IMG/VR virus record: IMGVR_UViG_3300025013_000127
Location: 1-62,546 of that record
Reading direction: 5' to 3' (one strand)
DNA from: a virus
Lineage: Duplodnaviria; Caudoviricetes
DNA: 62,546 bases
Notes under the pieces: model-generated
Database searches by the model: none
What the model was told of the DNA's origin: nothing
Seen by the model: the letters and a program-made list of their open reading frames with translations, nothing else
Part shown: one piece after another, positions 49,124-57,888 of the stretch
How the letters are laid out: the number at the start of each line of letters is the position of its first letter
Numbering within the stretch: the stretch's first letter is position 1
Made by a program: the position numbers and the translations under genes

Positions 49124-49126
49124 GTG

Positions 49127-49413
49127 GCGACGAGCTGCAAGTTCAGCCGCAATCGTTTGTAGTGAGATATACCACGCATTCACGAGACAGCGAAATCCAA
49201 CACCAAGAAGAAACGATCACAGTGGAAGCGGAGACATATTGGAAGCAGTACAACGGTGTCGGCCCTCTTCATCTTCATCCCACCTACCGGTCTCTGCTTC
49301 TTGCGGAAATGGAATTCCTCGATCGGCTGTCCGTCCGAGGACTCGGCGGTCTATACAGATACGAGGTGTTCCACGACGAAATGGGGCGTTGCTCGGAATT
49401 CGTCGTCGACTAA
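49127..49413 (+). pseudogene. Cassette 5 hypothetical protein, 3' part
   Basis: In frame with 7071-8565; followed by attC 5. Confidence 0.75.
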
Positions 49414-49520
49414 CATGATCGGCTACGGTACGTCGGATTGCTAATAAAATCGAAAGAATTCAGAGGAATTCAGAGGGGTCAGCCCCTGACACGAGACAAA
49501 AGCGAAACGGGAAGTGCGAT

Positions 49521-49573
49521 TTCCAACCAAGCAGGAGGACCGGTGAGCCCGGTCACCCGCTGACCCGTTGGTC
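49521..49573 (+). repeat. attC 5 (53 bp)
   Basis: TTCCAAC...GGACCGG-tgagc-CCGGTCA...GTTGGTC. Confidence 0.8.
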
Positions 49574-49627
49574 CAAAAAGGAATGGCAGACTATGACTTC
49601 ATTTCAGATTAGAAAAAAGGAGAGAAA

Positions 49628-50242
49628 ATGCAATTAAAAGACTGGGCTGATATTGCAACAATTGTTGGGTCCACTGCCATTATTGGAGTTCTCGCTCAAG
49701 CCTACTTCATATTCAAACAGATAAAAGCCGACCATGAAAGATCGCGACGGGAGAAGTCGGTAGAATTATTGATAGAGTGGACTAAGCGCTTAGGCGCAGA
49801 TAGCGCATTTGCTAGAAAAGTAGTGGAAAGCTTATCCGAAGAGCAATGTAGAAATCTATACAATAGCGAACCTGTAACTATACCTGCTAAATTCGTGTCA
49901 GACACTAAACATTTCCTAGGTTTAAATATTGATGATACACAGCACGTTAACGGCAGCATAATTATTAGCACCGAGCAAGCTTCAAAACTCAGATGGTGCG
50001 TAACGTCTTACCTGAACATGCTTGAATCTATCCTGGTTGCATGGCAATACAGTGTTGTGGATAGAGTAATAATTGAAAAGGAATTCTCCTATCTGTTCTC
50101 AGTTGAAAAAGGACATGCAGCATTAAAGCATTTCCGTGCTGCTGCTGGCGGTGAAAGTTCATTTCCTGCAATAGAAATATTCGCGAATCACATCAATGAA
50201 GTTCGAAGAAAGTCACTGATTGAAAAATCCAATGTTGCATGA
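49628..50242 (+). CDS. Cassette 6: DUF4760-like protein with N-terminal TM
   Basis: QIKADHERSRRE; YLNMLE; AT-rich; AGGAG RBS. Confidence 0.7.
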   Translation: MQLKDWADIATIVGSTAIIGVLAQAYFIFKQIKADHERSRREKSVELLIEWTKRLGADSAFARKVVESLSEEQCRNLYNSEPVTIPAKFVSDTKHFLGLNIDDTQHVNGSIIISTEQASKLRWCVTSYLNMLESILVAWQYSVVDRVIIEKEFSYLFSVEKGHAALKHFRAAAGGESSFPAIEIFANHINEVRRKSLIEKSNVA

Positions 50243-50494
50243 GTTCAAACTATACATGAGGAAAGTCTCGGGGTCAGGCATGCAATCGTGCAATTGGGAC
50301 AGCCACGGTCCTGAGCAAAGCCATGAGGCTCACAATACAGGCATCACACCGCTTACCAAGAAGTTAGCGAAGAGTACGGAAGCCGGTGTAAGTGGTCGTA
50401 AGGTGATCAAGTTTGCGTAAGTGATCGAAGCAGCGGTATCTAAGCCTGATTGTGCCAAGAAAGTCTGATTGGTGAAGGGTGAAAGCCCATGGAT

Positions 50495-50543
50495 TCCCAA
50501 CAAATCGCCTGGACCGGTCAAGCCGGTCAGGCGAGCGTTAGAG
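50495..50543 (+). repeat. attC 6 (49 bp)
   Basis: TCCCAAC...CGCCTG(G)ACCGG-tcaag-CCGGTCAGGCG...GTTAGAG. Confidence 0.85.
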
Positions 50544-50562
50544 ACACAAAAAGGACAGCATA

Positions 50563-51351
50563 GTGCACAAGAATTTGGCCGAAAAACTTGACTCGCTTCA
50601 AAGTAAGCAACTGTTGATAGTTCTTTCGCGGATACTCGTGATCGCCTCTGTGCTAACCGCCAGTACATTTTTCGCATATATCACGCAATTTCATTCAGGA
50701 TTCAGCCTAGATCAAGGCGTGTGGGGTCAGTTCGGAGACTTCCTAGGTGGAACGCTGAGCCCGATCCTAAGTTTTCTTTCCCTACTCGCGCTCGTGTTTA
50801 CTGTGGCCCTACAAGCCAGGCAACTGGAGTTAGCTCACGAAGAACTACAGAACTCTAAAGCCGGACTCGAAGCCATGCGTGAAGCTACACAGAAAGAGAT
50901 CAAGCAGGCGAGAGAGACAGCTGAACTGCAGGCAAGGCAATTTAAGGAAGAAATGATCAAGGCTGAGCTATTCGATATGATCAGATTTGTTCACTCGGAG
51001 TTAGAGGATCGTTTTAAAGAAAAGGCTGACTTTTCGCCTTCAAACAAAAATTTTGGCTACTATTTTTCATATTCTGCCCCATCAGCCGGACTGGCACAGA
51101 TACCTGTTAACGGAGATCCTGTGTCAGAAAATGACCGCCCCGTCCTAGCCGACCTATGCGAATTAATTGTGGAACTTAATGGTTATCTTGCGCAGTATGA
51201 AGCCAAATTTCAATCTTCAGCCCGAACTTATTTCTACAAGAAGCGCTATGCGACGGCAGTAAGTAGACTTATTGAGAAAAAATTTCTTTTGACGGAAATG
51301 CTTCCTACATTCAAATCAATTGGATATGGATGGACTGCAAAAAGCCTCTAA
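50563..51351 (+). CDS. Cassette 7: 2-TM protein with WGQFGDFLGG motif (putative abortive-infection-like)
   Basis: Motif followed by coiled coil; stop overlaps R'' CTCTAAC, the exact complement of GTTAGAG. Confidence 0.7.
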   Translation: MHKNLAEKLDSLQSKQLLIVLSRILVIASVLTASTFFAYITQFHSGFSLDQGVWGQFGDFLGGTLSPILSFLSLLALVFTVALQARQLELAHEELQNSKAGLEAMREATQKEIKQARETAELQARQFKEEMIKAELFDMIRFVHSELEDRFKEKADFSPSNKNFGYYFSYSAPSAGLAQIPVNGDPVSENDRPVLADLCELIVELNGYLAQYEAKFQSSARTYFYKKRYATAVSRLIEKKFLLTEMLPTFKSIGYGWTAKSL

Positions 51352-51397
51352 CAAGCCCGTGGAGCGGTAGACCCGCTTACCGGCCAACCCGTTGGCG
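51346..51397 (+). repeat. attC 7 (52 bp)
   Basis: CTCTAAC...GAGCGG-tagac-CCGCTTA...GTTGGCG. Confidence 0.75.
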
Positions 51398-51431
51398 GCT
51401 CGGCACCCAAAATCCAATAGGAGTCAGTTAG

Positions 51432-51980
51432 ATGCTTTCTCAATTGGTTGCACTATCGGCAAAGGATCTTCTCGGTCTCACTGTGCTGGGATCCTTGATC
51501 ACTGCGGTGGGCACTCTGGTTGGACTAGCGCTCAAAGAGCACTTTTTCGCCCGGTCATTCGAACTGTGGAAATCACGCCGTATACTTGAGGCCCTCTTTC
51601 AGAAGTATAGGGATCCACTGTTACTTGCTGCAGATGAGTTGAGCATTCGTCTAAAAGAAGTCTGTGACGGATATGGCGCTGAGTATTTATCTTCATCTTT
51701 ATTGGAGAAGATTCCCAATCGTATGGAGGTTACCTGGGCAAGCGACTCCTATTACCAGCGTTACAAACTCGAAAGCACTGTATATCGGCTCTGTGCTCTT
51801 TTTGGTTGGTTCGAGCTTTATCGACAGGAAGTAGTTTTCCTTCGAAGTAGCAGAGCCAGGCACAATCGTCGATTAGAATCTGCTATTTCAGCTATCCGAG
51901 AAGTGATTGCTGATGGACAAATGAATGCATCTGAAGATTGGCTCGACTGGGCAGATGTTACGTCCTTCCCTCAGCCATGA
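51432..51980 (+). pseudogene. Cassette 8 hypothetical protein, probably truncated by an insertion at ~51956
   Basis: N-terminal TM; KYRDPLL; composition changes at TGTTACG; no attC follows. Confidence 0.6.
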
Positions 51981-52129
51981 AGACCAAGGCGGTTTGTCCC
52001 GAGTTCCGTCAGGGTGACTGTCGGAACGGTCCCCGGAACAGCACGGAACGATTACCCCTGTAATGAGCCACGTTATCCTTTAGTATCGCGGAACGGTTTT
52101 GGCCGATCACGACGCTGAAGGAGACATGC

Positions 52130-52669
52130 ATGACCCTCATCCTGCCAGGTATTCTCTCTCTTGCCCAACACCTCAAGAGTCTGCGGATGGACCCCGAGTC
52201 GTACCGGCCCCAGAAGTGTCCCTGCGGCCATGGCAGAGTCTGGTGCCACGGTTGCTACACCAGGAAGGCGGATCGCCAGGACCTTGGCCAGACCTGCCTG
52301 GACATCCAGATTCCTCGCTTCTATTGCCCGGAGTGCCGTTGTACCTGCTCGGTATTGCCGGAGTGCATCCCGCCGCGCAGTTGGTACTTGTGGGAAGTGC
52401 GGCAGGTCATCTTTCTGCTCCTCCTGGCGGGCACCTCCATCAGCCGCACCCACGCCTCCAACGGCTGCAGGGCATCTCGCAAGACCATCAAGCGCTGGTG
52501 GCGGCGCTTCCGCGACTGCTTCCTCACCCACTCGTTCCACCTGCGCCTGCGCTTTCCCTGCCTGGGAAGGCGTCAAGAGTTCGCCGACTTCTGGAGGATT
52601 CTGCTGGGGCTGCGCCCCCTGTCGTCAGCAATGTGTCTGCTGCATCGCGAACGGGTAACCGTCCCATGA
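52130..52669 (+). CDS. DUF6431-like Zn-finger/HTH transposon accessory protein
   Basis: CPCG..HG.Y.R, R..CPEC..T.S.LP, then HTH (SRKTIKRW). Confidence 0.7.
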   Translation: MTLILPGILSLAQHLKSLRMDPESYRPQKCPCGHGRVWCHGCYTRKADRQDLGQTCLDIQIPRFYCPECRCTCSVLPECIPPRSWYLWEVRQVIFLLLLAGTSISRTHASNGCRASRKTIKRWWRRFRDCFLTHSFHLRLRFPCLGRRQEFADFWRILLGLRPLSSAMCLLHRERVTVP

Positions 52670-52914
52670 TGCACCGTTCCGCAAGTAGGGAGGGGGGGAG
52701 AATCAGTAAGAGAGTCCATCGAGGTGGGGCAGGGGGGTGCGAGGAGGGTGGATTGCAGGTGCGTTCACTTCGGTGGAAGCGCCTGCCTGAAAGCAACACT
52801 TACTTCAGCGTTTGGGTGACCCCCTTCTTTTGCAAAGCCAAGAGGCGAAGCCTCGCTGAGGGAGCCCCAAATATAGACATGAGATAAAATAATTCAAAAG
52901 ACGTGCTATATGCA

Positions 52915-53374
52915 TGTCACCGCCGATGAAGTTTGAACCCACCCACCACCGATAAATGAACCCACCTGATCGTTGGGCGAGACTCTTGTTGCCTGGTGGA
53001 AGTCGTATCAACGAATCGTTGTGGCGAATTGAAATGAAAGTTGCGACGTCGCAACTGCCTTGACATTATCTGTCGTACTTTCAGCTAGTTACATGCTTTA
53101 ATTGGTATTTACACATATTACCTTTTTCGCTCTTTCAAGTTTTTTCGACGGCCTCCTCAGTTTGTGAACAGCCGCGAAATAACCGCGGTTGCCCACAAAC
53201 CGAGGGTTTAGGAGAAAACCCGACTTCTTCATCTCACTCTGAAGAAGACTCCGCCTGGGTGACACTCCAGCACTGGCTAACTCCTCTGTCATGGACCCAT
53301 TTTTTAATATTCTGCAACTTCAGGGTGGGTCCCCGTGGAGTGGAAAATGGGTTCATTTTATATCGGCGGTGGCA
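52915..53374. mobile_element. IS21-family non-autonomous element (460 bp) with 8-bp TSD
   Basis: Ends TGTCACCGCCGAT...ATCGGCGGTGGCA; internal TGAACCCA repeats; TATATGCA at 52907-52914 and 53375-53382. Confidence 0.85.
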
Positions 53375-53377
53375 TAT

Positions 53378-53690
53378 ATGCAAAACGCGGCCTTAGCCTA
53401 ATCGCACCACCCCCAACATGAGACAAACCGATGGAAGAGCGCAAACACCTTGTTGCCATCGAGGTAGACAAGCTCATTACAGCGAGGCAGCCGGAACGCA
53501 GCCCGCGACCGTTGCCTTTTGCTCCTGATGTATCGTCATGGCCTACGCGTATCGGAAGCGTGCGGCCTTAAGCTGTCCTAGGTGGATACTGAAAGCCGGG
53601 TGCTACACGTTGCCCGACTGAAAAAGGGTTTATCGACAACTCACCCGCTACGCTCTGACGAACTTAAAGCAATCAAGGCATGGTTAAGCT
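53378..53690 (+). pseudogene. FimB/FimE-like tyrosine recombinase fragment
   Basis: RDRCLLLLMYRHGLRVSEACGL..*..LHVARLKKGLSTTHPL; frameshift and internal stop. Confidence 0.8.
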
Positions 53691-53702
53691 GCGCATGGCT
53701 TG

Positions 53703-54020
53703 TCATATTTGGAGAGCACGTAAAATTCTGATAGATACCCGTTTCGTATGATCATCCATAAGTCCAAAGATTCGGAGGGCTTCTTCTGCTAAATTTTCTT
53801 TGGGTGTCAGGTGATGAAAATCGAGAAGGTCTTTCATCTCTACATTAAGAGCTACAGCAATAGATTCCAGGGTGTCCATGGAGGGGTAACTCTTACCGCC
53901 TTCGATGCGGCTTATTTGTTTTGGTTCCACTCCGACCTTTTCTGCCATCTTTTCCTGTGATAGCTGCCTCAACTTCCGAATTTCCCGAATTCTCGCACCG
54001 AGCAGGTCCTTGGTTTGCAT
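53703..54020 (-). CDS. XRE-family HTH regulator
   Basis: LGARIREIRK..LSQEKMAE..ISRIEGG. Confidence 0.9.
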   Translation of the reverse strand: MQTKDLLGARIREIRKLRQLSQEKMAEKVGVEPKQISRIEGGKSYPSMDTLESIAVALNVEMKDLLDFHHLTPKENLAEEALRIFGLMDDHTKRVSIRILRALQI

Positions 54021-54184
54021 ATACTCCCTCCAGCAAATGTGGAGAGTATCATCAGATTTTTAACTTTAAGTAACCCCTTTGAACGGCCTCTTATAGCCAA
54101 ATGTTGGACATCTAATGTCTGCTATGGTATAGATGAGGGGCTATTAGGTGCCATAATAGTCTCATAGAATGTCTGGGGGGCCGT

Positions 54185-54601
54185 ATGCAAAGAAGATTGA
54201 CCAAGCCCGCACTAAATGCTGAAACTCTGAAAAGTAAAGCACCCGGAGTTCCTGTCTGCGGTACATGTCCAGCCATGTGTCCTGCCGGCGTCTCCTCTTG
54301 TTTAGCAGGAGAGTCGGTCATCACAGCGCAATCCACATTTCCGCCTGCTCCTCAGGAGGTTTACTCACTTGTTCACAGAGTTGTTTGGCCAATTACTGTC
54401 ACCGAGGAGCCGCTGCTATTTGACGGAAGAGCGGACGTTGACAAACCTTTCCACATGCGGTTAAAGGAGAATTTTTGGCTTTCGATCGAGAACCATTGTG
54501 CAGCCCTTGGGGTGTCAAAAAGTGAATGGGTGAGGGTAGCGATGTCAAAACTGTTAGCCGAGGAACAGAGGTGGTTTTTAGATAGGGATGGGCAATTGTA
54601 G
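54185..54601 (+). CDS. Hypothetical protein with C-terminal ribbon-helix-helix
   Basis: FHMRLKE...GVSKSEWVRVAM; start uncertain. Confidence 0.55.
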   Translation: MQRRLTKPALNAETLKSKAPGVPVCGTCPAMCPAGVSSCLAGESVITAQSTFPPAPQEVYSLVHRVVWPITVTEEPLLFDGRADVDKPFHMRLKENFWLSIENHCAALGVSKSEWVRVAMSKLLAEEQRWFLDRDGQL

Positions 54602-54639
54602 GGGCGAGAATGGGAAGACAGTTCACGGATTTAAAAACC

Positions 54640-55879
54640 ATCATGGCAGCATAAAATCCGGTGATGAGCAGGGCTGTTTCTGGTGAATCTTTCTCGCTCC
54701 CATCGGGTACAACTCCGAGAAGAGATGGCTGGCCAGGTGTGTCGGGAACGCCAGCCGGACAGGGCTTTTCGGCATGCTTGATACCAAGATCCCCTCGGCA
54801 GCCAGTTGGGCGAGTACCTCTCTCCCCATCCTGGGAGTCGTTGCCGCTGCAGCAACGTCACCACGCCCCATTTCCCCCCTCAGCAGACCTTCCTGAAGCA
54901 TTTTGACAGCGTCCAGTTTCATCCCCGGCTCATATCCGGACGGTGGTTGAGCCGTTTGCCGTGCCTCGCATGAACATATCCCTCGATCCGGTCGAGGAAA
55001 TCCTGCAGCCTCAGCATATCCGTCATGTAGTCGATCTGGTCGAGGCAGGTCTTCAGAAAGAAGTCGCAGAAGCGCACCAGCGCCCGGTTCGACAGATTCC
55101 CACTGCCATCCAGGTCACTCTGTCTGTGTGAGTCCGCCTCATCGAGGTACTGCATATATTGATCGCGGCTTCGCGCGAGTACGCCCTTCGACAGGCAAGG
55201 TGCGGAAGCAGGTATCGGTGTAGAGGCGCGCCACCCTGCCGTTGCCGTCGAGAAAGGGGTGGATCCACATCAGGCGGTGATGCGCGGCAGCGAAGGCAAT
55301 CAGCGGCTTCACACCATGGAATACCCCCCTCCGGTAGTGGTGGTGGAAGTTGCAGAGGAAGTCCGCGAGGAACCTGGTGCTCCGGCGGTTGATGACGACC
55401 TACAGCTACATCGCGCTCTCTGAACTGGCCACCCACCACCTCTGTATACGCTCACCGGTATCTGGGTTTTCGACCCCGAGCAGCTCCTCTGGAAGTTGCT
55501 CGTAGAACAGACCGTGGATCCACGCCAGGAACTCAGGCGTCGAAGGGGCAAGGTCGGGCGCCTTGCCAGGCGATAGTCTATCTCTTTCTGACAGTGGATA
55601 TGGCAAGGCATTCCTTCTGTAGGTTACGTTTTGCTGGATCGGCCGAGTAGTGGGAAGGCATCGCCCCACTCGATCTCCGCAGGGTTAGTGTTTCGGCCTC
55701 GATCCGATTGGAGTAGTAGCTGCTGATCAGGCGGATCAGCTTGATGACGCCGATCTGCGACTTCGGCGCGAGCATCCCACTCAATTTCGCAGAGCGAGCA
55801 AGGACATCCCGGGCAAGGTCTTCCTGGACGTCGTCGCCGGCAGGCATCATCGGGGTCCTGTGAAAGGTGTCATAGTCAT
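54640..55879 (-). pseudogene. Fic-domain protein, multiply frameshifted
   Basis: SYYSNRIE and HPFLDGNGRVARL (~55234-55262) spread over several frames. Confidence 0.85.
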
Positions 55880-56139
55880 GGCGGCAATGTTAACGTCAAT
55901 TTTATAAAAGTTAAGTACCTGTATATGAGATCTTTTTACGTCAAATGGAGGCATTGTGGTGGTGAAAATGTCAATATTAATGTCAATCTAATCCCGATGC
56001 CGAGACCTCCCCTCCAACCGGAAGTGTTTTTTATAGCAGTCTACGGTTTTTGCAACCACAATGATGCCAAATACGATACATTCGGATACAACCTGGCTGG
56101 AGGTTCAGAGGCGGCGAGGCTCAACAGAGAGGCAAGACC

Positions 56140-56379
56140 GTGTATTTTTCAGTTAAAGAAGTTACCCCACTCGATGACTATATCCTCGCCATTGTCTTTG
56201 AAAATGGCGAGAGGGGTTTCCTAGACATGAAACCGATCCTTAATTTTGGTGTTTTTCAAAGGATTAAGGAGTATGGGGCTTTTAGGGGAGTCCGAGTCGC
56301 ATTTGACACAATCGAATGGGAATGCGGAGTCGATCTGGACCCAGAATATATCTACAAACACGCCAGAATCGAGGTTTAA
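56140..56379 (+). CDS. DUF2442-like protein
   Basis: V.PLDDY.L...FENG...W..GVDLDPE. Confidence 0.8.
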   Translation: MYFSVKEVTPLDDYILAIVFENGERGFLDMKPILNFGVFQRIKEYGAFRGVRVAFDTIEWECGVDLDPEYIYKHARIEV

Positions 56380-56414
56380 CAAAAACTAACACGTTAACCC
56401 GGGCGGTGAGGATA

Positions 56415-57218
56415 ATGGCTATAGTAATTGGAGATATTCACGGAGACTTAACTAAGGCAAGAGCTTTCCTTGATCTTGAACCGGCAATAGAGCATGTCGT
56501 GTTGGGGGATCTTATCGACTCCAGGAAAAGGGCAACCTTTGAGGGTGAGCTGGCGTGCCTAGAGCTGCTACTCGAATCCGATGCAATTCTGATCTGGGGT
56601 AACCACGATCTAGCCTACCTACCGGAAGAGCCATGGAGAATCTCCAGCGAACATGCCGAACTCTCTCGTGATCAAGCATCATGGTATTCTGCCCAGAGCC
56701 AATTTCTCGATGACCTTTACAACGAAAATGGGGCGCTTTACGCTAAGGAAGTTTTCCGGGATCGGTACTTGGCGAACCTAAATCGCTTTGTGGCAGCTCA
56801 TGCGGCGAATGGCTGGCTTTGCACCCACGCAGGTGTTTCACCTCGCGTGGCGGAACTTATCCCACCTGAAGTAAAAACCTCCGGCACAGAGTCGATTGCA
56901 GATTGGCTAAACAAAGAATTCGGTCTGGAATTGAAAATACAACAGCACCAGACTTCTAGATATAGGCGTTTTGGAGTTGGCCCGTTGTTCCAAGTCCCCA
57001 TATGCCGAGGGGGGGGAGAACCTTTCGGGGGTATTTTTTGGTATGACTACCTCGGTGAGATGGTTGATCCGGACCCTTCTGTTGGGAACCAAATCTTTGG
57101 GCATACTCCTGTGCCTTACCCTGATCAAGGGACAACGTGGATTAACTTGAACGCTTCTGATGAAGGTATGTGGGTGTATGACACAGAGACAAATCTAATA
57201 TTCGATGCATACAGATAA
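56415..57218 (+). CDS. Calcineurin-like metallophosphoesterase A
   Basis: GDIHG, GDLID, GNHD, THAG, FGHT. Confidence 0.9.
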   Translation: MAIVIGDIHGDLTKARAFLDLEPAIEHVVLGDLIDSRKRATFEGELACLELLLESDAILIWGNHDLAYLPEEPWRISSEHAELSRDQASWYSAQSQFLDDLYNENGALYAKEVFRDRYLANLNRFVAAHAANGWLCTHAGVSPRVAELIPPEVKTSGTESIADWLNKEFGLELKIQQHQTSRYRRFGVGPLFQVPICRGGGEPFGGIFWYDYLGEMVDPDPSVGNQIFGHTPVPYPDQGTTWINLNASDEGMWVYDTETNLIFDAYR

Positions 57219-57487
57219 AGGGCGGCACACTGCCAGCTTGCTGCCTGGTTGCATTCCAGATCACCATGGTCACAGGCAATTTCAATAACTTGCGATTTTA
57301 AAGTTAACCCGTGCGGTGCTTTTCTGTGGTCGTGGCTTCAGGTGGCCCCCTAGTGATCTGGATACTTTAAAGGGTGTCTCCTAAAAGGGTGTTGCCCATT
57401 TATATGCATACTGTTTTGGAGGTAAACGATATGCTAGTACAAGCTGATACAAGACGAAGAATAACCCTGCCGCCCCAAGAACAAAAC

Positions 57488-57888
57488 TCAAAGGCCCCCA
57501 AGGTGGCAATCGAGATAATGTGCCACTCTGGCCATACCTGTAATCCCCTGTTCCTTCATGACCATCAACGGAGTAAGGTTGTGGAAGGCGTATTGCGTCG
57601 GTTGACCCAGGAATATCGGATTTCTGGGTTTTGAGGGTAGAGTAGCCGTAGCGCCTTGTGTATCGAAAGTAACCAGCAAATCCGGTCAAGAGATTCACGT
57701 GTTTGCGGCAATGCCTCCCCTTTGGCATACCTCGAAAGGAGATTGCGGCTCTTGGTGCTAAGGCCAAGGAGTTCTAGTTGGTCGGATTCCGACAGACCCC
57801 AATGTGCAAACAGCCGGATGACCATTTTGGTTAACGCTCCGCGCGCTTCTGGCCCGTCCATATCTTTTTCCGAACAGCCGGCTGACAT
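57488..57888 (-). pseudogene. Xre/MbcA/ParS-like antitoxin, frameshifted near 57590
   Basis: LF.HWGL...QL.LLG; IHKALRLLYP; C-terminus AFHNLTPL..M...YLD in another frame. Confidence 0.75.

Noticed and set aside
8561-49127. Alternative junction with TGG duplication (element TGACAAG...CTTGTG)
   Set aside because: It also restores the frame but makes the inverted repeats asymmetric. Disfavoured, though not excluded without the empty allele.
49018-49413. 131-aa ORF as an independent gene
   Set aside because: Its first ~36 codons are prophage end sequence and the rest is the 3' part of cassette 5.
2240-51397. GACCGG...CCGGTCA repeats as a CRISPR array
   Set aside because: They are separated by whole genes and bounded by AAC/GTT boxes, so they are attC sites. 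No cas genes are present.
53170-53230. Possible cyclic dinucleotide riboswitch inside the MITE
   Set aside because: The GEMM consensus elements could not be matched by eye.
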